Origin: Kiritimatiellia bacterium
GTDB lineage: Bacteria; Verrucomicrobiota; Kiritimatiellia; RFP12; UBA1067
Reading direction: 5' to 3'
Length of the DNA: 64,000 nt
NCBI GenBank assembly: GCA_017520845.1
Contig: JAFXEU010000044.1
Coordinates: 12,350-76,349, forward strand
A program made the translations under genes and the position numbers. The notes under the pieces are model-generated. The model was not told the DNA's origin. It saw nothing but the letters and a program-made list of their open reading frames with translations, and searched no databases. Below, piece by piece: positions 44,025 to 53,546 of this stretch; the stretch's first letter is position 1; each line of letters begins with the position of its first letter.

Positions 44025-45146
44025 TTATTTCAACTTGGGAAGCTCGGGTATGACTTTGCAGCGCACCAGGACTTCGAGAGCGGAAGAAACTTCGCCGAGT
44101 TCCTTTTCGGGATGCGGAGACTTGCGGTAGTTTTCGAGGCATGAGCGGAAATCATCGGCGTAAACGCCTTCGTTCGCGTAGGAAATGACTTCGGCGAGAG
44201 CCTTGAGCGTTTCCGCAGTTGCCGATTTCGGATCGGGAATTTTAGCGTAAAGTTTCGCGGCCGTTTCACGACGGAGAGCCATCACATCATCAGTCTTCGC
44301 CGACATCGCCGAATGGGTCGTGTTGGCCCAGCGCGAGGCCAAAGGACGATACCAGATGTTGCGGAACTGAACTACGCATCCGTGATCCTGCAACTGAAGC
44401 GGACCCTTGGTCGCATGAGGCGCAAGCGGACGACGCTTGCAGTGAGTCGTAAGCCCCTCCATCTCCCAATGATCCTGAACTAAAACTCCGTTAAAGAAAA
44501 CCGTCACTGACCCCGGGTGCAAAAGCTTATCGCCGTTCCAGACCGGCTGATGGAAAACAATATCATAAACCTGCCATTCACCGGCCGGACGAGCGGGGTT
44601 TACAAGCGGGGGATTCTCCGCATAGACGGAACCGGCCTGCCCGTCGGGATAATTCTTAACCGACCCGTCCTCCTTCGACGTATGATACGACTCGAGGACC
44701 TGAATCTCGTAATTATCCATCAGAAAGACGCCGGAGTTGCCCCGCATCTGGGGCCCCTTGTCGGTAAAGAGCTGTTTGGGATCGTGACGGTATTCGATAT
44801 GAAGCTGACAATCGCCAAACTCCTGACGCGTATAAATCGCACCGCCGTTTTTCCAGTTCGGCACGGTATAAAAATACCCTTCCGGCGAATATACCCATTT
44901 AGACGGCGCTCCATCCTTATCGCGCCAATTGCGCTTAAACGACTCTAAGCTTCCGTCGAAGAGGACTACGGCGTCCGAGGGCGCTCCCCCGGGCGTCTTA
45001 GCGGGCGTAACGCGCGTCGGCAGAGGACGATTCCAATCATGTACCGCCCATGCGTGCTTCGCGTCAGGCGTATCGCCGTACAGTTTAGCCGAAGCGACCG
45101 AAGGGATGACGGAAAGAGCGGCAAAAACGAGGGCAATCTTTTTCAT
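44025..45146 (-). CDS. DUF1080 (3-keto-disaccharide hydrolase-like) secreted protein
   Basis: Signal peptide, then NSGVFLMDNYEIQVLES and PLQLQDHGCVVQFRNIWYRPL, the hallmark DUF1080 C-terminal motif. Confidence 0.8.
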   Translation of the reverse strand: MKKIALVFAALSVIPSVASAKLYGDTPDAKHAWAVHDWNRPLPTRVTPAKTPGGAPSDAVVLFDGSLESFKRNWRDKDGAPSKWVYSPEGYFYTVPNWKNGGAIYTRQEFGDCQLHIEYRHDPKQLFTDKGPQMRGNSGVFLMDNYEIQVLESYHTSKEDGSVKNYPDGQAGSVYAENPPLVNPARPAGEWQVYDIVFHQPVWNGDKLLHPGSVTVFFNGVLVQDHWEMEGLTTHCKRRPLAPHATKGPLQLQDHGCVVQFRNIWYRPLASRWANTTHSAMSAKTDDVMALRRETAAKLYAKIPDPKSATAETLKALAEVISYANEGVYADDFRSCLENYRKSPHPEKELGEVSSALEVLVRCKVIPELPKLK

Positions 45147-45169
45147 ATTGTATTTCCTTATTTTTTATT

Positions 45170-45178
45170 ATTATACCA
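45170..45178 (-). promoter_or_regulatory. Extended -10 promoter (TGGTATAAT) for the DUF1080/glycosyltransferase operon
   Basis: The minus strand reads GATTTTTGGTATAATAATAAAAAATAAGGAAATACAATATG. Confidence 0.45.
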
Positions 45179-45241
45179 AAAATCTATCATGCGACAAAAC
45201 TGCTGTAATACTGAAAATCTACAGGAAAGCACTACTGATCT

Positions 45242-46081
45242 TTATAACTGGTCGCCGCAATATAATTGCAAAAATTCAAGCGCGGAGCGAAAAAACGATT
45301 CTGGCGTAGACGCCCCGCTCGTAATTCCAAGACGATCGACTCCGCTGAAATTAATCGCCTTTATTTCATCAATGCTGCCGGCCTGGAACGATCTGCATCT
45401 TGCGACTTCCGACAGCCTGCGGGTATTGGAAGAGTTGGCGCTACCCAGGACCAGTATCGCGTCACCGTCGAACGCTTTTACGGCATCCTGACGCTCTTTA
45501 GTCGCATTGCAGACTTCCGCGACGCACTCAACGTCGAAACGCTTTGAGAGGCGCTCGGCGATCTCAGCGACATCGTCGGCATTCATTGTCGTCTGACTTA
45601 CAACTCCGACTTTTCCGCAATCTCCGTCAGGAATCGTCAGGCGATCGGCATCTTCGAGAGAGGATACGACGATAGCGTCAGGAGCCTCGCCCAAAATCCC
45701 TTTTACTTCGGCATGTGAAGGCTTGCCGATAACAACGACCTGCAATCCGTCGGCATGAAAATCCGCGGCGGCCTTGTGCACGCGCGCGACGAACGGACAT
45801 GTCGCGTCCTCGATCTTAAGACCCCTCGCCTGCGCCTCGCGGCGGACCGCGGGACTCACTCCGTGAGCTGAAAACATCACTGTCGCGCCTTCAGGAATTT
45901 CGCTTAAATCTTCGACGAAAACAAAACCTCGAGTCTTAAGTTCGGCAACGACTATCTCATTGTGGACGATTTCGTGAAGACAATAAATACGCTCGCCGCT
46001 TATCGCTAAACGACGAGCTTTTTCTAGCGCCGATTTTACTCCGGCGCAGAAGCCGTGAGGATTTAAGATCTCAAGCTTCAC
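45242..46081 (-). CDS. ispH: 4-hydroxy-3-methylbut-2-enyl diphosphate reductase
   Basis: MKLEILNPHGFCAGV, HEIVHN and CPFV motifs. GTG start. Confidence 0.9.
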   Translation of the reverse strand: MKLEILNPHGFCAGVKSALEKARRLAISGERIYCLHEIVHNEIVVAELKTRGFVFVEDLSEIPEGATVMFSAHGVSPAVRREAQARGLKIEDATCPFVARVHKAAADFHADGLQVVVIGKPSHAEVKGILGEAPDAIVVSSLEDADRLTIPDGDCGKVGVVSQTTMNADDVAEIAERLSKRFDVECVAEVCNATKERQDAVKAFDGDAILVLGSANSSNTRRLSEVARCRSFQAGSIDEIKAINFSGVDRLGITSGASTPESFFRSALEFLQLYCGDQL

Positions 46082-46871
46082 CTTTTTTGGCGCGCTCCCA
46101 AAGCTCGTCCATTTCCTCGAGCGACATTTCCTTCAAATCACGACCCGCCTCCTTAGCGCCCGCTTCTACGCAACGGAAACGGCGCGAGAATTTAGCGCTC
46201 GAAAGCTCAAGCGCGCTTTCGGCGTCTACGCCGAGGTGCCTTGCAAGATTGCAGACCGCGAAAAGAAGATCGCCCAATTCCTCTTTAACGCGATCGGAAT
46301 CTGCGGGCTTTTTGCTCGCGCGGGCGGAAATTTCAGCCTTAAGCTCATCGAGCTCTTCGGAAATCTTTTCCATCGGTCCCGCGGCATCCTTCCAGTCAAA
46401 GCCGACGCGGGAAGCCTTCTCCTGAATACGCTGAGCCTTCAAAAGAGCCGGCAACGCGGCAGGGACTCCGTCGAGCGCACTGTGACGGGACTCCTTCTTG
46501 TGCTCAAGCTGCTTGATGCGCTCCCAGTTCCTGAGAACGCTCGCGGAATCCTTCGCGTCGACATTTCCGAAAACGTGAGGATGGCGATGGACGAGTTTAT
46601 CGGAGACGCCGTTGGCGACATCGTCGAAGGAGAATCGGCCTTCTTCCTCAGCCATAACGCTCTGGAACATTACCTGAAGAAGAACATCTCCCAGCTCCTC
46701 GATGTGATTGGCCTTGTCTTCCGGCTTATCCATCGCGGAGAGAAGTTCGTACGTCTCTTCGAGCACGCATGGCTTGAGAGACTCTAAAGTCTGCTCTCTA
46801 TCCCAAGGACAACCCGTCTGCGGATCGCGCAGACGGGTCATTATTTCGTGGAGTCTTTCTATTCCGGTCAT
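46071..46871 (-). CDS. mazG: Nucleoside triphosphate pyrophosphohydrolase MazG
   Basis: CPWDREQTLESL and EELGDLLF tandem MazG motifs. Confidence 0.9.
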   Translation of the reverse strand: MTGIERLHEIMTRLRDPQTGCPWDREQTLESLKPCVLEETYELLSAMDKPEDKANHIEELGDVLLQVMFQSVMAEEEGRFSFDDVANGVSDKLVHRHPHVFGNVDAKDSASVLRNWERIKQLEHKKESRHSALDGVPAALPALLKAQRIQEKASRVGFDWKDAAGPMEKISEELDELKAEISARASKKPADSDRVKEELGDLLFAVCNLARHLGVDAESALELSSAKFSRRFRCVEAGAKEAGRDLKEMSLEEMDELWERAKKGEA

Positions 46872-46881
46872 CTTAAAAAAC

Positions 46882-48114
46882 TCACTTGGAAGTGCGTTTT
46901 TTGCGGGGATTGGGCTGACCGATCTCCTTAAGCATCTTACGGAAGGAACCCTTGCGCACGTTGAACGGCTTACCGCCCTTGATGCGCGGGAATTCGCACG
47001 CGCGGATCACGGCGGCCGCATCCTCGTCGGGACCGACTACGCCGCTCTCGCCGTTAAGCGCGCACTCGACGGCCTTGCGGGCGCACTTCTCGATAAGCTT
47101 AAGATCCTTCTTGTTCGGAGCCGCCGCGCGGGCGAAGTAGCCGGACTTGAAGACCTGGACCTTCTCTGCGCCGAGAAGCTCGCCGAAGCGCTTGCCGACG
47201 TACTGGCCTACGTTGACCTTGTCAAGACGCGGATGGCCGAAAGCGTCGCGGGGAACGACCTCGCCGCGCTTCTCCATCTCCTTGATGATGTCGGCGACGC
47301 CGGCACCCTCGGATACGAAGATGTTGACGCTGTCAAACTCGTCCATGATCTTGTTGAGGCGCTCGGCTTCGGCCTTAAAGTCGATGCGGGACTCAGGAAC
47401 GTAAACGGCGTGGACGTCCTGACGGCCGAGCGTAAGGTTAAACCCAGGGAGGAACTTGGTGCGGCCCAGCATCTTGCGGTAGTACTGCGCAGTCTTATAG
47501 GTAAGCCAACCGCAGTTGCGGCCCATAACCTCGTGAATCGTGAGCGCGCGCGGATTGGCGCTATTCTCCTTAACGACGTTCATGAAGAACTTGGCGCCCT
47601 CTTCGGCGGCCGTCCAGGCGCCGAGCGACTGCTTAATCGGATATACGTCATTGTCGATCGTCTTGGGAAGACCGACGACGATAAGAGGATAGTTGTTGGT
47701 CGCGAGGTAGGCCGCGAGATCGGCGGCCGTCGTGTTGGTGTCGTCGCCGCCGATGGTATGAAGAACGTCGACGCCGTCCTTGACGAGCTGATCGGCCGCA
47801 ACCTTGAGGGGATCTTCGCCCTCCTTTACAAGACCGCGCTTGACGCAGTCCTTGACGTTCGTAAGTTTAACGCGGCTGTTGCCGATCGGGGATCCACCGT
47901 GACGGGTGAGAATGAGAGCGTTCTTGCGGACCTCTTCGGTGACGGGAATCGACTCGCCCTTAAGAAGACCCATATAACCGTTGACGTAACCGATCATTTC
48001 GACGTTGGGGTTCTTCTTGTTGTATTCGTCGATAAGAAAACCGATCGACGAGCTGAGGCACGGAGCGAGACCGCCCGCGGTGAGGAACGCAACCTTCTTT
48101 ACTTCTTTAGCCAC
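46882..48114 (-). CDS. pfp: Pyrophosphate-dependent phosphofructokinase (predicted from signature residues)
   Basis: IGGDDTNT and LPKTIDND give Asp and Lys at the positions equivalent to E. coli PfkA Gly104/Gly124, the PPi-type signature. GTG start. Confidence 0.75.
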   Translation of the reverse strand: MAKEVKKVAFLTAGGLAPCLSSSIGFLIDEYNKKNPNVEMIGYVNGYMGLLKGESIPVTEEVRKNALILTRHGGSPIGNSRVKLTNVKDCVKRGLVKEGEDPLKVAADQLVKDGVDVLHTIGGDDTNTTAADLAAYLATNNYPLIVVGLPKTIDNDVYPIKQSLGAWTAAEEGAKFFMNVVKENSANPRALTIHEVMGRNCGWLTYKTAQYYRKMLGRTKFLPGFNLTLGRQDVHAVYVPESRIDFKAEAERLNKIMDEFDSVNIFVSEGAGVADIIKEMEKRGEVVPRDAFGHPRLDKVNVGQYVGKRFGELLGAEKVQVFKSGYFARAAAPNKKDLKLIEKCARKAVECALNGESGVVGPDEDAAAVIRACEFPRIKGGKPFNVRKGSFRKMLKEIGQPNPRKKRTSK

Positions 48115-48158
48115 TTTATTTCTCTCTTTCTTTTATTGTTTCAGATTGTTGTAAATTC

Positions 48159-48623
48159 TCAAGCCTTGATTTTCTTAAGGACGTTGACCATCTCGATCGC
48201 GGCCTGCATAACAGAAAAGCCCTTGTTGCCCTGCTTCGTACCGCAACGCTCGACCGCCTGCTCGAGGTTTTCTGCGGAAACGACGCCGTCGAGAACGGGA
48301 ACGCCCGTCTTAAGCGAAATCTTGCTGAACGCCTCGGCTGTAGCGGTATTGATAAGTTGAGCGTGGGTAGTCGCGCCCTGGACGACGGCGCCGAGACAGA
48401 CGACCGCGTCTACACCGCTTCTGGCAAGTTTATCGGCCACAATCGGAATTTCATACGCGCCGGGAACGCGCACCAAAGTCAAATTCGACTCCTTGCCGCC
48501 CATGCGGACAAAGGCATCGACCGCGCCCTTCACGAGCTGCTCGGTCAGAAAACTGTTGAAGCGACTGACGACAAGAGCGATTTTGCTCCCGCCTGCAATC
48601 AAATCTCCTGTGATTTCTTTCAT
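48159..48623 (-). CDS. ribH: 6,7-dimethyl-8-ribityllumazine synthase
   Basis: KIALVVSRFNSFLTEQL and VPGAYEIP motifs. Confidence 0.9.
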   Translation of the reverse strand: MKEITGDLIAGGSKIALVVSRFNSFLTEQLVKGAVDAFVRMGGKESNLTLVRVPGAYEIPIVADKLARSGVDAVVCLGAVVQGATTHAQLINTATAEAFSKISLKTGVPVLDGVVSAENLEQAVERCGTKQGNKGFSVMQAAIEMVNVLKKIKA

Positions 48624-48659
48624 TTGAAGTCCTTTTGTTATTTACCGTAAATTGCGGAT

Positions 48660-48688
48660 ATTTTATCAAATACGTTGTTTGTTGTCAA
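48660..48688 (-). promoter_or_regulatory. Sigma70-type promoter for ribH operon
   Basis: Minus strand: TTGACA, 17 nt spacer, TAAAAT with an upstream TGa (extended -10), about 35 nt before the ATG. Confidence 0.55.
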
Positions 48689-48710
48689 AACTGCCAACCT
48701 TTGGAAACGA

Positions 48711-49568
48711 TCAGCGATCAAGACCGTTTATCAGCCAGGTCGCGATTTCGCCTGCCAATAAAAGCGATTCGCGTGAGATTTTGTCTATCGTATCTTTTGA
48801 AGTATGCCAATAATCATTCAGCCCAGGCCTTGAACCGTAATCAAAATCAATGAGATCAACAGCCTTAAAGCCCGCCTCAAGAAAAGGAACATGATCGTCG
48901 ATAACTATATCGTCAACGGCGACGATCTTATCACCGAGGTTTTTCCGTTTTGCGATTTTTAAAATCCCGTCCCTGAAGCCTTGATGGGAATTCTCCGGAA
49001 TCGTAATTTTAAGATCCTTGTCGCCCAACATGTCAAAGCATACCACGGCACGGACTTTAACACCAGAATCCTTCAACTTTTTCGCCGCGTGCCTAGACCC
49101 CCATAATCCGTCGTTTTCGGCATAATCATTAAAACACTCCTCGCCGTCCGTCCATAACAGAAGGACATTCGTTTTCTCAGGATTTTGTTTAACGAGTTTT
49201 CCCGCTAAAGCGATCAGGAGACCCGTTGTCGAGGCGCCGTCGTTCGCACCGGGGCAGGAGACTCCCCTTTTAGTGTCGAAATGGGAAACAAAAACTATCC
49301 ATTCGTTATTGGTGTTGGAGACAAACGCGCTTTCGACGTTGACGAAATAGCGTTCACCAGCAGGTGTGTCGGCTTTAAAAAAATCAAGTTCGGCTTTAGC
49401 CCCCGACGCTTTAAGCCTGTCATGGATAAAATCAGCCGCGCGACGGGAACTCAATGTTCCGGAATCGCGCGGAGTATGTTTTTTAACGAGTTCAGACGCG
49501 GTGTCGTAAGCGATATCAGCATCCGCCGGAGCGAAGAGAAGCGTCGCGGCCAACAGAAACGAGGTCAT
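48711..49568 (-). CDS. M28-family metallopeptidase / glutaminyl-cyclase-like protein
   Basis: Signal peptide from the ATG at 49568, then SHFDTK, ANDGASTTG and WTDGEE metal-ligand motifs. Confidence 0.7.
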   Translation of the reverse strand: MTSFLLAATLLFAPADADIAYDTASELVKKHTPRDSGTLSSRRAADFIHDRLKASGAKAELDFFKADTPAGERYFVNVESAFVSNTNNEWIVFVSHFDTKRGVSCPGANDGASTTGLLIALAGKLVKQNPEKTNVLLLWTDGEECFNDYAENDGLWGSRHAAKKLKDSGVKVRAVVCFDMLGDKDLKITIPENSHQGFRDGILKIAKRKNLGDKIVAVDDIVIDDHVPFLEAGFKAVDLIDFDYGSRPGLNDYWHTSKDTIDKISRESLLLAGEIATWLINGLDR

Positions 49569-49569
49569 A

Positions 49570-50568
49570 TCACTCAACCTCGACACCGATCATGCGCAAC
49601 ACCCTGTCCAGTTCGTCGTTGTCGAAAAAGTCAATCTCAAGAAGCCCCTTCACGTGTTTGCCGTTGGCGTGGGTAACGCCGCTTGTCAATCGAACGGCGC
49701 AACCGAGATGCTTTTTAAGTTTGTCGACCAAAGATCTTACATAGCCGTCGGGCAGATCGGGAGTGCCGCGCTGCTTTTCGACCACCGGCGCGTGAAGACG
49801 CGCGACACGCTTCTCGAGCGCTCTAACCGTCAGCTGATCGTTGACGCAATCGCGAGCCAGAAGAACGCGCTCCTTCTCATCGTCGATCGAAAGAAGAACC
49901 TTTGCGTGGCCAACTGAAAGGAGTTTCTTCTGAAGAAGCTCCTTAACCTCTTCGGGAAGCTCCAGAAGTCTGACGGCGTTGGCGACGGTAGCGCGCGCCT
50001 TTCCGACACGCTCGGCGACCTCCTGCTGGGTGAGCGAGAAAGTGTCCTGCAAAGTCTTGTAACTGTCGGCCTCCTCGATCGGATTGAGATCTTCGCGGTT
50101 GATGTTCTCGGTAGTCGTCATCGCCGCAGCGGTAAGATCGTCCGCTTCGATAAGCGTTACGCGAATCTTCTTCCAGCCGGCCAGCAAAGCGGCTCTCAGA
50201 CGACGCTCGCCCGAAATGAGTTCATACTTGCCGTTCGAATTCTTTCTGACCGTCGGAGGATGGACAAGTCCGCTGTTCTTGAGCGACTCCGCGAGTTCTG
50301 AAAGTTCTTCGTCCTTGAAATCGCGGCGAGGCTGATATGGGCTGCGCTCGATATCGAGAATAGGCAACTCAAGCGGCTTATCCTGATTTTCTTCAACGGC
50401 CGATGCCGGTTTGGCGGGAGCGGAGACCTTGGGTAAAGGTGAGGTCACGGTAGCCTTGGACGGTATTAAAGAATCAAGGCCTCTTCCAAGGCCATGTTTC
50501 TTTTCAACGCGTACGGGGGCCTTTTGGGTCCCCGTAGCTTTTTTAAGGAAAGGATTTTTAGTCGCCAT
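49570..50568 (-). CDS. parB: ParB/Spo0J chromosome partitioning protein
   Basis: GLGRGLDSLIP, ELISGERRLRAA and an HTH region. No parA is adjacent. Confidence 0.85.
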   Translation of the reverse strand: MATKNPFLKKATGTQKAPVRVEKKHGLGRGLDSLIPSKATVTSPLPKVSAPAKPASAVEENQDKPLELPILDIERSPYQPRRDFKDEELSELAESLKNSGLVHPPTVRKNSNGKYELISGERRLRAALLAGWKKIRVTLIEADDLTAAAMTTTENINREDLNPIEEADSYKTLQDTFSLTQQEVAERVGKARATVANAVRLLELPEEVKELLQKKLLSVGHAKVLLSIDDEKERVLLARDCVNDQLTVRALEKRVARLHAPVVEKQRGTPDLPDGYVRSLVDKLKKHLGCAVRLTSGVTHANGKHVKGLLEIDFFDNDELDRVLRMIGVEVE

Positions 50569-50574
50569 CGCTTA

Positions 50575-51288
50575 TCAGAAGTAGCCGTTCACGATAGGAA
50601 GGAACTTGATCTTGTTCTGGAGAATGATATTGACGATACCGATCTGGAAGCCGGAGGGGCAGTCCTCGGTGTAGTTGATAAGGCCGATCTGAGCGCCGTG
50701 AAGCTCCTTCGTCATATTGAAGACGAGAGCGAGCTGAAGGCCGTAGGCCGTCTCGGCGAGGTTGGCGATACCGGCGACGTTGCAGCCATGGCTCTTAACC
50801 TTGGCGATATTGGCAAGACCGGAAACCTGAAGACCGCAAATCTCCTTCTGGAACGAACCAAGCAAATTAACGTCAAGACCGGTAAGATTCTCTCTTACGC
50901 CGATAAGACCGACTTCGGCACCCCAAACGCTCTTCTCGGTATAGTTAAGACCGCAAGTCGCGCGAAGGCCGTAGATATCAGCGAAAGAGACGTTGCCGAG
51001 ACCGCCGACGACGAGACCGATCGTCTTATCGCGGGTAAGCGTCGCCAGGCCGCCGAAATCGATGCCGTACATTTTAGGGGCGTCGGAATAGAAGAGATTA
51101 AAATCGATACCGAAAACGTCCCAACGGTTAAGACCCCAAGGAAGCTGAACGGGCGTTGCAAGACCGACCGCAATAGGAGTAAAACCGATTACGGAAGACT
51201 CGGCTTCTTCCTCGACATCCTGAGCGAAAGCAGGGCAAACAGCAGAAATCGCGAGAGCCGCGACACCAATCTTGAGCATTTTGTTCAT
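50575..51288 (-). CDS. Secreted Gly/Asn-rich tandem-repeat protein (surface-repeat type)
   Basis: Signal peptide MNKMLKIGVAALAISAVCPAFA, then about 8 repeats of the G-[LA]-Q-[VIL]-x-[GL]-[LI]-x-N type. AAGGAGA SD before the ATG at 51288. Confidence 0.65.
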   Translation of the reverse strand: MNKMLKIGVAALAISAVCPAFAQDVEEEAESSVIGFTPIAVGLATPVQLPWGLNRWDVFGIDFNLFYSDAPKMYGIDFGGLATLTRDKTIGLVVGGLGNVSFADIYGLRATCGLNYTEKSVWGAEVGLIGVRENLTGLDVNLLGSFQKEICGLQVSGLANIAKVKSHGCNVAGIANLAETAYGLQLALVFNMTKELHGAQIGLINYTEDCPSGFQIGIVNIILQNKIKFLPIVNGYF

Positions 51289-51330
51289 TAATTTCTCCTT
51301 GAGTTTTGAAAGTGATATTAGTCGATATAT

Positions 51331-51360
51331 ATTGTACATTTTTCTGGCCTTAAAAGTCAA
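51331..51360 (-). promoter_or_regulatory. Sigma70-type promoter for repeat-protein/parB operon
   Basis: Minus strand: TTGACT, 18 nt spacer, TACAAT. Confidence 0.4.
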
Positions 51361-51372
51361 GAGGAACCTACT

Positions 51373-52635
51373 CTATAATCTCTCCGACGGGTCGAATCTG
51401 ACGCCGGGCCATGGATAGGCGTTCAATGCGACAAGCGCCTCGCCGGCGAGAAAGAGAGAACCGCACACAAGTACCGCTGCTCCGCCCTGCGACTGAACAT
51501 CGGCTTTAGCCAGACGGAGAGCCTCACTTAACGTGGACGACGTGTCGGCATCAATTCCTTGAGAGCGCATCTTCCGCGCAAGTTCTGACGGCTCAAGCGA
51601 ACGCGGATTGTTCGTTTTAATCGCATACGCCTTTGAAACGAAAGGCGCAAGAATAGAAAGCGTCTCACCGACATCCTTGTCGGCGCAAAAGCCGGCAATG
51701 AGAACATACTTTTTCTCGGGCAGTTCCTTAAGAGCGTTGACCAGCGCGCGCGCGGCGGGAGGATTGTGGGCGCCGTCGACAAGAACGTTGCCGACCCGCT
51801 GGAAACGGCCGGGCCATACGACATTCGAAAAACCGTCATTCAACCGTTCGGCATGCTGAAGATTAAAGAGTTTCCTCTCGCGGATCACCTTCAGCGCGGC
51901 GATGACCGTCAATGCGTTTTCGCGGTTGAACGATCCCGCCAGAGAATAAGATTCCGGTATCTCCAGTTCAAGCGCCATATCCGGAGCGTAGTAAAAGGGA
52001 GAGTCGAGTTCTTTGGCGCGTTTTTCGACAATCGCGCGCACTTCGGGGAGATTTTCTCCGAGCACGACAGGTACGCCGCTCTTAATTATTCCGGCCTTTT
52101 CAACGGCGATTTTTTCTACGGTATCACCGAGCCAGTCGCAATGATCGAGCCCGATGCGCGTTATAACCGTGAGTGCGGGGCTGCAGATATTCGTCGCGTC
52201 GAGACGCCCGCCGAGACCCGTTTCGAGAACCGCCGCGTCGACGCCGCTTTCGGCATAAAGCGAAAACGCAACGGCAGTCAACGCCTCAAAAAAAGTGGTC
52301 CCTTCTCCGGCATCACCCGTAGACGAAACCGCCTTCTCCACACGGAGCGAAATCTCCTCGAGCTTGTCGTCGTCAACGGGCGACCCGTTCAGAAAAAAGC
52401 GCTCGTTGAGTCTTACCAGATGAGGCGAGGTGTAGCGGCCTACCTTCAATCCGGCAGACCGAAGCGAAGCGTCCAAAAGCGCCGCAACAGCGCCCTTCCC
52501 GTTTGTACCCGCTATGTGAACCGCCTTTATCCGCTCCTGCGGATCGCCGAGCGAACGGCAGACGGCGCGGATGGTTGAAAGTCCGGGCCTCATTCCGAAG
52601 CGACGACGGGCGGCGAGCTGTTCGAGAAAATTCAT
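51373..52635 (-). CDS. folC: Folylpolyglutamate synthase / dihydrofolate synthase
   Basis: HIAGTNGKGAV P-loop and Mur-ligase architecture. Confidence 0.85.
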   Translation of the reverse strand: MNFLEQLAARRRFGMRPGLSTIRAVCRSLGDPQERIKAVHIAGTNGKGAVAALLDASLRSAGLKVGRYTSPHLVRLNERFFLNGSPVDDDKLEEISLRVEKAVSSTGDAGEGTTFFEALTAVAFSLYAESGVDAAVLETGLGGRLDATNICSPALTVITRIGLDHCDWLGDTVEKIAVEKAGIIKSGVPVVLGENLPEVRAIVEKRAKELDSPFYYAPDMALELEIPESYSLAGSFNRENALTVIAALKVIRERKLFNLQHAERLNDGFSNVVWPGRFQRVGNVLVDGAHNPPAARALVNALKELPEKKYVLIAGFCADKDVGETLSILAPFVSKAYAIKTNNPRSLEPSELARKMRSQGIDADTSSTLSEALRLAKADVQSQGGAAVLVCGSLFLAGEALVALNAYPWPGVRFDPSERL

Positions 52636-53546
52636 CTTCCGCTCCAGACTGCGAGAACCGCGCTGACGCCGTATCCTAAAAGAACAAGCCAGGTGATTTT
52701 ATCGGTCAAGAGAATACGCTCGGGACGCCCGACATCCTCTTTGCGAAACAGGAGATAGAGATAACGGATAATCCCGAGCGCGACGAAGAGAGCCGTAAAC
52801 GAAAGCGATCGGGTTCCGAATCTTGCGACCGTGTCGGCGGCAAGGGTATACCAGAGATAAACTCCGAGCGTCGCAAGCGCGGAAGTGAAAATCAATGTGT
52901 CGAGAACAACCGGATGATAGTTCGCAAGCGCTGCGCGCGATTCGCATGCGATCGCCTTCTCGTGACGGCGCTTGCAGAGCGCGAGAAACATGGAAATCGA
53001 AAACGCGCACCCGAGCAGCCACGGTGAAATTCTTACGTCCATGGCCGCCGCTCCCGCGACGGCGCGAAGCACGAACCCGGCGGCGATAACGGCGACGTCG
53101 ACATACGGGATACGCTTCAGGAAACCGGAATAAAGGCTTTGCATCACGGTATAAATCAAAATAACCGCAAATCCCCATGTGCGGTCGGGATGACGAAAAA
53201 CGAGATACGCCGGAAACGCGAGCGAACATGCGAACAACGCGAGCGCGACTCTTACCGCGTCAATCTTGGAAATGAGATCGGCCGCGATCGGACGGAGTCG
53301 TTTAACGGGATGGAGTCTGTCGGCGTCATAATCCGAAATGTCATTCAGGAGATAAAACGCGCTCGATATCAGCGAGAACGAAACGGCCATCGCCGAAACG
53401 AGAAGAAACGGCCTGTACCCGCGCGCCATCGCAGCCTGGGAGTCGTCCGCGAATGCAAAGAACCAGGCAAGAAAAACGATACCGTTTTTAGTCCACTGGT
53501 TGACTCTTAAAGCTTTAAGCCAGACTCTCAGGCGCTCGAGCGTCAT
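52632..53546 (-). CDS. UbiA-family prenyltransferase, decaprenyl-phosphate phosphoribosyltransferase-like
   Basis: NDISDYDADRLHPVKRLRPIA matches the DPPR-synthase-type first Asp-rich motif. About 8 TM helices. I prefer the ATG at 53546, which forms an ATGA overlap with the upstream stop. Confidence 0.7.
   Translation of the reverse strand: MTLERLRVWLKALRVNQWTKNGIVFLAWFFAFADDSQAAMARGYRPFLLVSAMAVSFSLISSAFYLLNDISDYDADRLHPVKRLRPIAADLISKIDAVRVALALFACSLAFPAYLVFRHPDRTWGFAVILIYTVMQSLYSGFLKRIPYVDVAVIAAGFVLRAVAGAAAMDVRISPWLLGCAFSISMFLALCKRRHEKAIACESRAALANYHPVVLDTLIFTSALATLGVYLWYTLAADTVARFGTRSLSFTALFVALGIIRYLYLLFRKEDVGRPERILLTDKITWLVLLGYGVSAVLAVWSGR

Noticed and set aside
44020-44142. ATG-initiated 41-codon N-terminal extension of the GT4 gene
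   Set aside because: It overlaps the 3' end of the DUF1080 gene by 118 nt and encodes an Arg/Ser-rich peptide. The TTG at 44019 gives a typical MKRILYVSS glycosyltransferase N-terminus.
46708-48360. 550-aa plus-strand ORF spanning mazG, pfp and ribH on the opposite strand
   Set aside because: It crosses three well-supported minus-strand genes and their intergenic gaps, and it is low-complexity (G/R/A/L/V/D). This is an antisense artefact.
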